Assembly (NCBI GenBank): GCA_964645545.1
Contig: CAZXZR010000002.1
Span: 1-51,864, forward strand
Length of the DNA: 51,864 nucleotides
Reading direction: 5' to 3'
Source: an uncultured Gammaproteobacteria bacterium
Lineage (GTDB): Bacteria > Patescibacteriota > Patescibacteriia > Patescibacteriales > UBA12465
The notes under the pieces are model-generated. The model searched no databases, was not told the DNA's origin, and saw only the letters and a list, made by a program, of their open reading frames with translations. Position numbers and translations under genes: made by a program. Positions 36,894 to 46,262 of the stretch are shown piece after piece. Position 1 is the first letter of the stretch. The number at the start of each line of letters is the position of its first letter.

Positions 36894-37634
36894 ATGAGAA
36901 AAAGTACGGCCGCCAATTTATCGGCCTTGGTGAAGCGTAATTATAAAGATATAGCGCCTCATTTTAATATTACTCGTCAAAAGGAAATTTCCGCTAAAAT
37001 TAAAGCATATTGTTCTAATGTTAAAGACGGCGACCGAGTTTTAGACGCTGCTTGCGGCAACGGGCGTCTTTTAGAAGCCCTGAAAGGCAAGCGGATAGAT
37101 TATTTGGGTTTTGATAGCAATGAAGAGCTTTTACATATTGCTCGGGAAAATTATCCCGGTTACGATTTTTTAGCCGGTGATTTATTAAAAATAGATCAAT
37201 TAGATTTGGGCGCGGAAACCTTTGATCGGATTTTCTTTTTAGCCGTTTGGCCGCATATTCCCGGCGAGGAAGGGCGGCGGGAAGTTTTAAAAAATCTGGG
37301 GGAGAAATTGTCGCCAGCCGGGGAAATGACGGTCAGTGTCTGGAATTTGCGGCGGCGGCCTTGGCGCCGTTTGCTTTGGCGGGCGTATTTCAAGAAAATT
37401 TTCGGCCGCGGCGATTGGGACGCGGGCGACCTGATTTTCCCCTGGAAGGACGCGAGCGGGCAAGCCATTAGTCAGCGCTATTACCACGCTTTCCGCCGCC
37501 GCGAGCTCTTCCGCCTCGTCAAAGCCGCCGGCCTGGAAGTGAAAACGTATGAGAATGACGGCCGCAACTACTGGTTGCGCCTGGTCAAGCCGTCCCCTGG
37601 CCCCATCCGGCCCGGTTTGACAGCCGCGCCTTAA
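36894..37634 (+). CDS. Class I SAM-dependent methyltransferase
   Basis: 246 aa, with motif I VLDAACGNGRLLE. Confidence 0.75.
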   Translation: MRKSTAANLSALVKRNYKDIAPHFNITRQKEISAKIKAYCSNVKDGDRVLDAACGNGRLLEALKGKRIDYLGFDSNEELLHIARENYPGYDFLAGDLLKIDQLDLGAETFDRIFFLAVWPHIPGEEGRREVLKNLGEKLSPAGEMTVSVWNLRRRPWRRLLWRAYFKKIFGRGDWDAGDLIFPWKDASGQAISQRYYHAFRRRELFRLVKAAGLEVKTYENDGRNYWLRLVKPSPGPIRPGLTAAP

Positions 37635-37712
37635 GAACCGATAATTTAAATACTGCTGATTAAGATAATTAATAAGTTAAGACCCCGTCTTGAGAGGCGG
37701 GATAATAAATTT

Positions 37713-38045
37713 ATGGCTAATATCGTGGAATTAACAAAAGACAATTTTCAGACCGAAGTCCTGGACAGCCAGACGCCGGTTCTGGTCGATTTTTGGGCGA
37801 GCTGGTGCGTACCTTGCCAGATGATGGCGCCGATTTTGGATGAGTTGGCGACCGAGATGGCCGGCCGGGTGAAAATCGCCAAGCTGGACACGGAAGCGGC
37901 GGCGAGCGGCGACCTGGCCGAAAAATACCAGATCCAAAGCATCCCGAATATGAAGTTATTCAAAGGCGGGAAAGTCGTCGGCGAATTCATCGGTTTGAGG
38001 AATAAGGAAACTCTTAAAGGCGAGCTGGAAAATTTAATAAAATAA
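37713..38045 (+). CDS. trxA: Thioredoxin (active site WCVPC)
   Basis: 110 aa, with VLVDFWASWCVPCQMMAP and IQSIPNMKLFKGG. Confidence 0.9.
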   Translation: MANIVELTKDNFQTEVLDSQTPVLVDFWASWCVPCQMMAPILDELATEMAGRVKIAKLDTEAAASGDLAEKYQIQSIPNMKLFKGGKVVGEFIGLRNKETLKGELENLIK

Positions 38046-38049
38046 AACT

Positions 38050-39276
38050 ATGAGTCTCTTTGAAGACAACCTGAAAAGGTTGGCGGAAGTGAAGGCGCTG
38101 GACAATATTTCCGACGCGGATATGGCGGCACTTTTGGCGCCGGTTAAGGTCAATTACGCCGAGCTGGATGTCAAGGGCCGGAAATATCCGGCCTGGCGTA
38201 TAATCTATAACCAGGCTCTCGGTCCGGGCAAAGGCGGCATCCGTTTTCACCCCGAGGTCTCCGAAGACGAAGTCAAGTCTTTGGCCTTTTGGATGATGTT
38301 GAAAAATTCCTTGGCCGACATCCCTTACGGCGGCGCCAAAGGCGGGGTCAAATTCGATCCGAAAGCGGCCGACAAGGAGGAGCTGGAGGCGGTCAGCCGG
38401 CAGTACGTGGACAAATTTTACGAACATTTGGGCCAGGATAAGGATGTACCCGCCCCCGACGTTTATACCAACAGCCAAATAATGGCCTGGATGCTGGATG
38501 AATATGAAAAGAAAATCGGCCGGCACGAACCGGGTATGATTACGGGCAAGCCCTTGGAGCTCGGCGGCCTGGCCTTGCGCGGCGATGCCACCGCCCAGGG
38601 CGGCTATTTAGTGACCAAGGAAATGGCGGCCGAATTTTTGCAGGGTCGCCGCGATTTAAAGATCGCCATTCAGGGTTTCGGCAACGCCGGCCTGTTTATG
38701 GCCCAAAAACTTTACGATGACGGTTATAAGATTGTCGCTGTCTCCGACAGCCGCGGCGGCATTTATGACGAGGCCGGTTTGGATATCAAGGCTTTGGCCG
38801 TTTTTAAAGCCGGCGGCCAGCCCGTCAGCGAATGGGCCAAGGGTAAGGCGATTACTAACGCCGAACTTCTGGAATTGCCGACCGACATTTTGATTTTGGC
38901 CGCTTTGGAAAACCAAATCACGGCGGCCAACGCCAAAAATATCAAGGCCGACCGGATTGTGGAACTGGCCAACGGGCCGATAAGCTACGACGGGGAAAAG
39001 ATTTTGACCGCCGCCAAGAAAGTCATCGTTCCCGACATCCTGGCTAACTCCGGCGGCGTCATCGTCAGCTATTTTGAGTGGGCGCAAAACCGCGCCGGCC
39101 AAATTCTGGACGAAGATTACTTGCGCCGACTCTTGGAAAAAAAGATGAAAATAAACTGGACCCGCGTTTACGTGGAATATCAGGCCCGCGCCGGCGCCGT
39201 GTCTCTGCGTCAGGCGGCTTATCTGCTCGCCGTGCGCCGCATTTTGGCGGCGGAGAAATGGCGGGGCCAGCTTTGA
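38050..39276 (+). CDS. gdhA: Glu/Leu/Phe/Val dehydrogenase family, glutamate dehydrogenase type
   Basis: 408 aa. Catalytic region GPGKGGIRFHP and dinucleotide fold IQGFGNAG. Confidence 0.9.
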   Translation: MSLFEDNLKRLAEVKALDNISDADMAALLAPVKVNYAELDVKGRKYPAWRIIYNQALGPGKGGIRFHPEVSEDEVKSLAFWMMLKNSLADIPYGGAKGGVKFDPKAADKEELEAVSRQYVDKFYEHLGQDKDVPAPDVYTNSQIMAWMLDEYEKKIGRHEPGMITGKPLELGGLALRGDATAQGGYLVTKEMAAEFLQGRRDLKIAIQGFGNAGLFMAQKLYDDGYKIVAVSDSRGGIYDEAGLDIKALAVFKAGGQPVSEWAKGKAITNAELLELPTDILILAALENQITAANAKNIKADRIVELANGPISYDGEKILTAAKKVIVPDILANSGGVIVSYFEWAQNRAGQILDEDYLRRLLEKKMKINWTRVYVEYQARAGAVSLRQAAYLLAVRRILAAEKWRGQL

Positions 39277-39371
39277 AAAACGAGCGCCCGGCGATTGTCA
39301 GGGCGGGGATAGTTCGGACAAATAAAAAATCTGCTTTAGAGGCAGGTTTTTGCGGTTTGTTGCGCCGAAAT

Positions 39372-39872
39372 TTATACTTTCTTTTTTTGAATCACTTGTT
39401 CTTTTTCTTGTTCAGGGAGAAGCTTATGCTTCTTTTGTTTTACCATTTCGCGGTCATCGACGATGGCCGCTTTTAATTCCTTTCGTACGATTTTCATTAT
39501 CTCGTCCTTATTTTTGAAAGACGAGGAAGTAGGAATCTCATAATTCCAGCAATTGCCAGAAAATTTGATTTTTACTTTGTGCTCATCGAGGTAAATAACA
39601 ATGCTATCCTCGGTTTTTTCGCGGGAAAGAGAATAACAAATATCCACTTTATCCCTGAACATGATTCCGCTTGTGCGGGAAGCTGTTCCCAGATATTGCT
39701 CGCTGAATTTATCAGCGAGTTTTTGAGTTTTCTGCCACTGGTCGGTGATGCCGGGAGCGAGGAGAAAAAATAAAATGAGCCCGAATAATAGGGCGAAAAC
39801 GAAAACGAGAACGAGACAAAACTTTTTCATGGCAATTGATTTTTTATGGTTAATATTGGTGATCGAACTCAT
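39372..39872 (-). CDS. Orphan membrane-anchored or secreted protein
   Basis: 166 aa. AGGAGG lies 8 nt upstream of the ATG at 39872. Signal/TM segment KKFCLVLVFVFALLFGLILFFLLA. No recognisable motif. By eye the region is AT-richer than the surrounding genes. Confidence 0.55.
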   Translation of the reverse strand: MSSITNINHKKSIAMKKFCLVLVFVFALLFGLILFFLLAPGITDQWQKTQKLADKFSEQYLGTASRTSGIMFRDKVDICYSLSREKTEDSIVIYLDEHKVKIKFSGNCWNYEIPTSSSFKNKDEIMKIVRKELKAAIVDDREMVKQKKHKLLPEQEKEQVIQKKKV

Positions 39873-39894
39873 GTCGTCATCCTCCTATATTTAA

Positions 39895-40530
39895 TCACCA
39901 GAAATGGCTCTGGCAGCCTTTGTTAAAGTTCAATTTAAGTGAATTAAACAAAGTCGCGGCGATCTTGAGGTCGGGGGTTAAGCCGTTCATGCCGTAGCCG
40001 TAGTGTCTCCGCTTCGAGTTATAGTAATTGAGCCAGAAATTTAGTTTGAGCTGCAGCTGGGCGTCGGAATCCTGGAAAGAGCAGTATTTCCAGAAGAATT
40101 CGCGTTTAATGGTCTTGTGGAATCTCTCGATCTTGCCGTTCTGCTCCGGGGTGTAGGGTTCGTTGATAATGACCTCAAGGCCGAGAGACGCGCAGAAATT
40201 GATAAACTTCCCGGATTTGTAGCGATTATCCGCCCTGATCCGCCGGATCCGGAGTGGACTCTTAGCGACCAGATATGACAAACAGCCGGTGCGCGAATGG
40301 GGCAAGAAGGTAATGACGCCTTTCTTGGCTAAAAATGGCGAAGCGATTTTCGGCATCCAGAACTTGGATCCGCAAAATCGCGAGCATGTGGAATTTGTCG
40401 GCCGGCTGGAAGTCCCGGAAATGGTCGTGGAAGATTGTTCGGAGAGGTACTCGCGGTTGGAAAAGATGCTCTTGGAAGCCTGATGCTTATGATCCTTGCC
40501 GCCCGCAAGCGCGGCGGCGGTGAAAAACAA
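39895..40530 (-). pseudogene. Decayed DDE transposase remnant (rve integrase core, IS481/IS3-like), N-terminally truncated
   Basis: The C-terminal half is a clear rve domain: NEPYTPEQNGKIERFHKTIKREFF ... YNSKRRHYGYGMNGLTP. The region that should carry the first two catalytic Asp residues reads FWMPKI / FLPHSRTG. There is no HTH domain. Confidence 0.65.
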
Positions 40531-40559
40531 AAAAGACGGACTTGTTGGCCCGTCTTTTT
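40531..40559 (-). terminator. Intrinsic terminator after the thioredoxin-fold gene (bidirectional shape)
   Basis: Stem agacgg/ccgtct with a 10-nt loop, flanked by A-run and T-run. Confidence 0.5.
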
Positions 40560-40593
40560 ATATTTTTTCTTACCCCTTATTCGTGATTATCTC

Positions 40594-41595
40594 TTATTCG
40601 CAATTGGCCGCGGCGGCGCTGTCGGTCGTGCTCGTGCCGAAGCCCGGTCCCGGCGTGGCCGAGGACAAAGCCGTGTCGCAGGCGGCCGGCGGCGTGTTGA
40701 AGGCGCTGCAAATCGTGGCTAAAAGCGAGGCGCTGTCGCGGCCGCTCTGGATCGACTGGCCGTCAATGACTAAGGTCGGGGAACCGCTCACGCCATACTT
40801 TTCATTATCCGCCTTAAAAACATTGAAGCTCGGGTAGCTGCCCTGGTAACCGACGTTGTTCGTGAAGTTGCTCGTGACTTTATATTTCTGGTCAGTCTGG
40901 GAGACGCAGCTGTCCAATTTGGTTTTGTTTATGCCGGCCGAGCTTAAACAGGAGGCGGAATCGCCCGCCTGGAGAAAACAACCAAGATAGGCCTGCAGTT
41001 TGCTGTTTTGTTCGCTGGCGATGCAGTATTGGGTCAGGTTTTCCGCCAGCTCCTGCTGGCCGTGCATGGCGTAATCAACGAATTTTAATTGGAAGTCAAT
41101 TTTATTGCCTAAAGCCGCCAGGGCGGGCAAAATCCCTTTTTCCATCTGCGTGCCGTAAGGGCAATAGCTCATAACGAAGAGTTCCACAGTTGGTTTGTCG
41201 CTTTTAGCGCTGACGGTCGCCGGCGCGCCGGAAGAGGAAGGATCGCCCGAGTTCTGGCTGGCACCAATCTCGTCAATGTCCAGAGCTTGGGGGAAGAAAA
41301 GCTTGCCGTCTTGGGAAAGGTAGGACTCCACCTGGCCGGAAGTTATGTCCACTTTCATCTTGTAAAGGCCGTACGCGGGCGTGACTTCGCTGACCGTGGC
41401 TTTCTCGCCCGGTTGCATCAGGAAGTCGTTGATGAAATTTTCCGCCCGTATTTTGGCCTGGTCCGGAGTCAGGACGCTTGTTTTCGGGCGGAAGGAAAGC
41501 CAAGCGATCAAAGCCAAGGCGATGATTAGGATAAGGGGCAGGAAAAAACGCAAGAAAGTCTTGCGGTTGAACAAACGTTGGAAGAATTTTTTCAT
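40594..41595 (-). CDS. Membrane-anchored extracytoplasmic thioredoxin-fold (DsbA-like) protein with a monothiol CPYG motif
   Basis: 333 aa. N-terminal TM, S/G/P linker, then VELFVMSYCPYGTQMEKG and a Cys-rich C-terminal half. Confidence 0.55.
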   Translation of the reverse strand: MKKFFQRLFNRKTFLRFFLPLILIIALALIAWLSFRPKTSVLTPDQAKIRAENFINDFLMQPGEKATVSEVTPAYGLYKMKVDITSGQVESYLSQDGKLFFPQALDIDEIGASQNSGDPSSSGAPATVSAKSDKPTVELFVMSYCPYGTQMEKGILPALAALGNKIDFQLKFVDYAMHGQQELAENLTQYCIASEQNSKLQAYLGCFLQAGDSASCLSSAGINKTKLDSCVSQTDQKYKVTSNFTNNVGYQGSYPSFNVFKADNEKYGVSGSPTLVIDGQSIQSGRDSASLLATICSAFNTPPAACDTALSSATPGPGFGTSTTDSAAAANCE

Positions 41596-41722
41596 AGCTT
41601 TATTTTAGCTTAAGATTTATTAATTCCCGTTTAAGAGCAAAGAGCCGCCGGTCAAATTGCGGCCCTCTTTTTTAAACTCTTTTCATTATAGAGCAAATCC
41701 CGGCCGCCGTAAAGCGCCGCCG

Positions 41723-42547
41723 TCAGGAGTGGGGCAGGAAATTTTTTAACTCGGCCGGCAAGGGTAGGGAAAAGCTTTGCCGCCGGTTTTTCCGGTCCGA
41801 AAAGGCCAGGCGGTCGGCGACCAGGAAGATGCGGCCGAGCTTGAGACGTTGGTTTTTTCCCTTGGTTTTCTTGGTGGCGTAAAGGTCATCGCCGACCAGC
41901 GGATGGCCATAGGCGAAGAAATGGACGCGGATTTGGTGCGTGCGCCCGGTCCTTATCTTGACCCTTACCAGCGTGTAATTGACGAAGCGTTCCAGGACCT
42001 TGAATCCGGTCGCGGCCGTCCGCGCCTTGAAGAAGCCGGCGATATTGCCACGGTCGCGGCTCCGGGGAGAGCGGCGCGTCAAAAGATTTTCGCTTTGTCG
42101 GGGCAGGGCGGCCATCTTATGGCCGGCGCGGGCGCGCTTGATCAGGAAATCTATGTCGCCCTCGTCCTTGGCGACGCGGCCGTAAACTAAAGCGACGTAT
42201 TCCTTGTCCACGCTCCGGGCCTGGAACTGTTTTTTCAAAAGCGAGAAAGTTTCTTGGTTCCGAGCCACGACCATCAGGCCGCTGACCTCCTTGTCCAGGC
42301 GGTGGACGATGCCGGGCCGGTCCGGATCCTCGCCCGCGCCGGCGGTTTCCGGATAATGCCGCCGCAGCCAGTCGGCCAAGGTCGGTTGGCGCAGGTTGCC
42401 GCCCGGATGGACCGCCAGGCCGGCCGGTTTGTTTATAACCAAGTAATCCCTGGTTTCGGAAATGACGGCCGGTTCGGGGAACGGGGCGCTCCCGGTCGCC
42501 ACGGCCGGCACCTTGTTTTTTTTCTTAGAATTTTCCGGTCGGGTCAT
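41723..42547 (-). CDS. RluA-family pseudouridine synthase
   Basis: Catalytic Asp motif HRLDKEVSGLMVVA, plus YVALVYGRV and RTGRTHQIRVH. The ATG at 42547 is preferred over the GTG at 42604. Confidence 0.85.
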   Translation of the reverse strand: MTRPENSKKKNKVPAVATGSAPFPEPAVISETRDYLVINKPAGLAVHPGGNLRQPTLADWLRRHYPETAGAGEDPDRPGIVHRLDKEVSGLMVVARNQETFSLLKKQFQARSVDKEYVALVYGRVAKDEGDIDFLIKRARAGHKMAALPRQSENLLTRRSPRSRDRGNIAGFFKARTAATGFKVLERFVNYTLVRVKIRTGRTHQIRVHFFAYGHPLVGDDLYATKKTKGKNQRLKLGRIFLVADRLAFSDRKNRRQSFSLPLPAELKNFLPHS

Positions 42548-44009
42548 AAGTCGGGCTGGCGCCTTTTTTCTGGCGCTTAAAAATAAGACTGAGGTCTTCC
42601 GCACCCAGGCCGCCGAAGAGCCAGAGGCCGCCGAAATATACCAGGGCGGCGATAAGGAGGACGGCGATCAAACCGAGAATGTTGGTTTGGAAGCGTTGGG
42701 GCGAAAAATACAGGCAGGCGCCCATCAGCAGGCCGGCCGCCAAAGCCCGCCCGCTCATTTTCAGCTTCGGTCGGAAGCGCCCGTATTTGTAAACGCAATA
42801 GGCGGCGAAGGCGGCGATCAGGACCTCGCTGTAAATGGTGACGCCGGCGGCACCGAAGACGGAGAAACGGGGGATGAGCCAGAGGTAGCCGATCAGGGAA
42901 CTTAAGCCGGTAAAGACGTAGAAGCGGATCATCTTTCGCTGTTTGTCCAAAGCGATGACGGCATGGGAGAACATCGTGCCCAGAAAAATGGCGGCGACGG
43001 CGAAAATCAGGATTTGCAGGATCGCGCCGGAAGGGGCGAAGTCGTCGCCGGCAACGAAGACCATCAACGATTTGCCGACGAATTGGGCGCCGATGACCAA
43101 GGGAATAGCCAAGGCGGCCATGAAGTCAAAGGATTTTTGCAAGGCGCGCCTGAAATATTCGTGCTCGTTATCCAGCCAGGCGGCCGTCAAAATAGGCAGG
43201 ACCAGGCCGGCGAACATGAAGGGCAGGGTGGCCAGGACATCAATGACGCGGTAGGCGGCCCCGTAGAGGCCGACGTCGGCCGGACTCTTGAAAAAGGAGA
43301 GCAGGAGCGTGTCGGCGCGCAGGTAAATCAGGTTCAAGACGATGGTCACGGCCAGAGGCCAGGATTTGGTCACGATTTTTTTCCATAAGCCGAAGTCAAA
43401 GGCCGGCCGGATAAAGGCATATTTGAAAGCCAGGAAGTAATGGAGCAGAAAGTTGGCGGCGCCGGCGGCGACCGTGGTGATCAAAACGCCGTTCAGGCCG
43501 GCGCCGGATTTTTCCGAAAAAATGATGCCGGCGATGAGAACCAAGCGGCTGAAGACTTCGGCCGCGGCATCGCGGTTCATGCTCAATTTTTTTTGGAAGA
43601 GGCCGACGATGATCTGGTTCAGGGCCGGGAAAATGAAGGCCGCCGCCGCCAGCAGGATGCCGGCTTTGACGGTCGCGCCATAAGGCGAAAAGATGGCGAA
43701 GAGGGGCGCCAGGGCAAGGAAGAAAAGGACGGAAAGCAAACGCAGGCCGAAAAGGTTATTCAAAATGTGGCGCTCTTCTTCGGGCTCGCGCCGGCCGGCG
43801 ATCATTTGCGCCGTCACCAGGGTCAGGCCGAGGTCGGCGATGACGGCGAAGAAGGTCAGGAAAGTGATGACGGTGGTGTATTCGCCGAAACCGGCCTGGC
43901 CGAGATAGCGGGTGATAAGGGCGATAGAAAAAAGCCCCAGTATCGTGGAGATGATCTTACTGATTATTTGTACCAGGGTATTTTTGGCGATTCTGGCGGC
44001 CAGGCTCAT
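42525..44009 (-). CDS. MOP-superfamily flippase (Wzx/polysaccharide-biosynthesis or MurJ-like)
   Basis: 494 aa with about 12-14 TM segments. The N-terminus MSLAARIAKNTLVQIISKIISTILG is typical of oligosaccharide flippases. Confidence 0.8.
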   Translation of the reverse strand: MSLAARIAKNTLVQIISKIISTILGLFSIALITRYLGQAGFGEYTTVITFLTFFAVIADLGLTLVTAQMIAGRREPEEERHILNNLFGLRLLSVLFFLALAPLFAIFSPYGATVKAGILLAAAAFIFPALNQIIVGLFQKKLSMNRDAAAEVFSRLVLIAGIIFSEKSGAGLNGVLITTVAAGAANFLLHYFLAFKYAFIRPAFDFGLWKKIVTKSWPLAVTIVLNLIYLRADTLLLSFFKSPADVGLYGAAYRVIDVLATLPFMFAGLVLPILTAAWLDNEHEYFRRALQKSFDFMAALAIPLVIGAQFVGKSLMVFVAGDDFAPSGAILQILIFAVAAIFLGTMFSHAVIALDKQRKMIRFYVFTGLSSLIGYLWLIPRFSVFGAAGVTIYSEVLIAAFAAYCVYKYGRFRPKLKMSGRALAAGLLMGACLYFSPQRFQTNILGLIAVLLIAALVYFGGLWLFGGLGAEDLSLIFKRQKKGASPTYDPTGKF

Positions 44010-44080
44010 TTTTTCCTTGTTTTTTTAGGCGAATTTTTATATAATGAGATTGTCCTTATAATTATATCATATTTATATCT

Positions 44081-44509
44081 ATGACCAGAAAGCGCATTTT
44101 TTCTTGGTTTTTCGTGTCTCTTCTTGTCTTATGGGAAGCGGCCGTCTTTACGCTGCCGGTTCAGCCGGTTTCAGCCGACGAAACCCTATTCAACAGCCAG
44201 ACGGGCATGGCGGAATTGGGCACGGTTTACGGCCATACCAAGACGGATATCAGGGTAATCATCGGCAATATCATTACCATCGCCCTGGGCTTCTTAGCCT
44301 TGTTATTTCTGGTTCTGACCCTCATCGCCGGCTTCCAATACATGACTTCGGGCGGCAACGAGGAAAAAACCCGGACGGCCAGGAAACATTTGACCAATGC
44401 CCTTATCGGCCTGGTCATCGTCTTAATGGCCTGGGCGATCACCCGCTTCATTTTGCGCCGCCTGGCCGCGGCTATCAATAACAACGTGGACCTGTTGTAT
44501 CCATATTGA
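44081..44509 (+). CDS. TrbC/VirB2-like (T4SS-pilin family) small membrane protein
   Basis: 142 aa. Signal peptide, then two TM helices flanking a short loop: LIAGFQYMTSGGNEEKTRTARKHLTNALIGLVIVLMAWAI. The family call is from recollection. Confidence 0.55.
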   Translation: MTRKRIFSWFFVSLLVLWEAAVFTLPVQPVSADETLFNSQTGMAELGTVYGHTKTDIRVIIGNIITIALGFLALLFLVLTLIAGFQYMTSGGNEEKTRTARKHLTNALIGLVIVLMAWAITRFILRRLAAAINNNVDLLYPY

Positions 44510-44534
44510 TTTCCCGGCGGTCCGCCAGTTTCGG

Positions 44535-44562
44535 TTGACAAAATTACGCCCAGTGTTATAAT
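44535..44562 (+). promoter_or_regulatory. Near-consensus sigma70 promoter for nusA
   Basis: TTGACA (44535-44540), 16-nt spacer ending in TGt, then TATAAT (44557-44562). Confidence 0.55.
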
Positions 44563-44628
44563 GGAAAAAGAAAGCTAGTTGTGAAGACAATTAGCTTTTT
44601 CTCTATCAGCTATTTTAAGCCTAAAAAT

Positions 44629-46251
44629 ATGTCGGAAATAACCAACGCCATCAAACAGCTTTGCGAAGAAAAGAATCTTGATTTCGCTTCGGTCACGAGC
44701 GCCATCGAATTGGCCTTGGCGGCCGCCTACCGCAAGGATTATGGCGAGCGTAACCAGAACATTCGCGTCAAATTCGATCCCCAGACCGGCGGCAGCGAAA
44801 TTTTTGACGTGAAAACGGTGGTGGAAGACTTGCCCGAAGAGGAAGAAGCGGAAATGCTAAAAAATTTATATAACCCACCGGCGGAAACGAAAAAGGAAGA
44901 ATTCAAAGAAGAATTTGCGGAAACACGGGGGGCGAAAGCGTCCGCGAGCGCGGCGGAAGAGAAGGCCGTGCCTGGCGAAGGGGTCGGCGGAGCTCCGGCC
45001 GGCGCGGAAGCGGGCGAAGAAAAAAAGAAATTCAATCCCAAGTCGGACATCCAATTGAAAGAAGCCCTGATCTTGAAGCATGACGCCAAAATCGGGGAAG
45101 AAATCATTACCGAACTGCCCTTGCCGGAAAGCTACGGCCGCATGGCGGCCCAGACCGCCAAGCAGGTCATCATCCAGAAGTTGAGAGAAATGGAACGCGA
45201 CATGATTTTCGGGGAATTCAAAGGCAAGGAAAAGGAAGTCGTTTCCGGCGTCGTCCAGCGCCGCGAAGGCCGCCTGGTTTTCGTGGATCTGGGTAAGGCC
45301 ATAGGCCTTTTGCCTTCGGAAGAGCAGATCTATAACGAACGCTACGAGGCGGGCGAGCGCCTGAAAGTCTTCATTAAGGAAGTGCGCGAAGGCCACAAGG
45401 GTCCGGAAATAATCCTGTCGCGCCGCAGCGAGGAAATTTTGCGCAAGGTCTTTTATTTGGAAATTCCCGAAATCGCCAACGGTTTGGTGGAAATCAGGGC
45501 GGTGGCCAGAGAAGCCGGGTCGCGCTCCAAGGTGGCGATTTGGACAGACGCGGAAAACGTCGATCCGGTCGGTTCCTGCGTCGGCCAGCGCGGCTCGCGT
45601 ATCCAGATGATCATCAGCGAATTGGGCGGGGAGAAGATAGACATTATAGAATATAATGACGATCCGGAAAGATTCATCGCCAACGCCCTGGCGCCGGCGA
45701 AAATCATGGGCCTGGAACTGGACGAAAAGGAGCATAAGGCGACTGTCAGGGTCTCGCCGGACAAGCTGTCCTTGGCCATAGGCAAGAACGGCCAGAACGT
45801 CCGTTTGGCCGCCCGTCTGACCGACTGGAAAATAGACATCGTGGAAGCCTCCGAAGACGGGGCGAAGAAAGTGACTGGAAGCGAGGAAAGCGAAGAGCCG
45901 ATTGGCGAAGCTAAGGCGGGGGAGGCGGTGCTTAAAAAGGAAGCCGGTGAGGGAGTCGGTGAAGAAACGACTGAAAAGTCGGCCGCCAAAGAGGAAAAAG
46001 TCGCCGCCGAGGAAAAGCCGAAGAAAACAAAAACGAATGCTAAAGTGGAGATCATGGAAATAAGCGCCGAAGAAGCGAAAAAGATAGTCAATGCCTTTAA
46101 GAATAAAGAAAGTTTGGAGGGCGAAAACGGCCGCGGGAAAAGCCAAAAAATCACGCTCGGCAAAGGCATCGCCACGATCGAGTGGGAAAACGGCGAACTT
46201 GAGAAACATCGCCATGAATCTTTCTATAAGAATTTAATTAATAAAAAATAA
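44629..46251 (+). CDS. nusA: Transcription termination/antitermination factor NusA with an acidic insertion and a C-terminal extension
   Basis: S1 domain ([19 protein letters not shown]) and KH1/KH2 domains ([29 protein letters not shown]). The ATG at 44629 ([11 protein letters not shown]) is preferred over the GTG at 44581. Confidence 0.9.
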   Translation: MSEITNAIKQLCEEKNLDFASVTSAIELALAAAYRKDYGERNQNIRVKFDPQTGGSEIFDVKTVVEDLPEEEEAEMLKNLYNPPAETKKEEFKEEFAETRGAKASASAAEEKAVPGEGVGGAPAGAEAGEEKKKFNPKSDIQLKEALILKHDAKIGEEIITELPLPESYGRMAAQTAKQVIIQKLREMERDMIFGEFKGKEKEVVSGVVQRREGRLVFVDLGKAIGLLPSEEQIYNERYEAGERLKVFIKEVREGHKGPEIILSRRSEEILRKVFYLEIPEIANGLVEIRAVAREAGSRSKVAIWTDAENVDPVGSCVGQRGSRIQMIISELGGEKIDIIEYNDDPERFIANALAPAKIMGLELDEKEHKATVRVSPDKLSLAIGKNGQNVRLAARLTDWKIDIVEASEDGAKKVTGSEESEEPIGEAKAGEAVLKKEAGEGVGEETTEKSAAKEEKVAAEEKPKKTKTNAKVEIMEISAEEAKKIVNAFKNKESLEGENGRGKSQKITLGKGIATIEWENGELEKHRHESFYKNLINKK

Positions 46252-46262
46252 AATCACGATTT

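Noticed and set aside
38014-38526. 170-aa minus-strand ORF overlapping the trxA end and the gdh start (also 38656..39102 minus)
   Set aside because: It is antisense to a glutamate dehydrogenase with intact catalytic motifs. It has no independent motif or ribosome-binding site.
40435-40837. Plus-strand ORFs 40435..40722 and 40496..40837 across the IS remnant/thioredoxin-fold gene junction
   Set aside because: These are Arg/Gly/Ala-rich off-strand translations of a GC-rich segment. They span a terminator hairpin and lie antisense to a gene with a clear signal anchor and thioredoxin fold.
43440-44084. 214-aa plus-strand ORF overlapping the flippase gene
   Set aside because: It is a G/D/E/R/A-rich low-complexity translation antisense to a clear 12-14-TM MOP flippase, and it has no SD.
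44866-46215. 449-aa ORF antisense to nusA (and the 240-aa ORF 45453..46175 in another minus-strand frame)
   Set aside because: The plus strand encodes an unmistakable NusA (S1 plus two KH domains). The antisense translations are low-complexity (F/R/L/A-rich) and are the expected artefact of a GAA/AAG/GCC-rich sense strand with few antisense stops.
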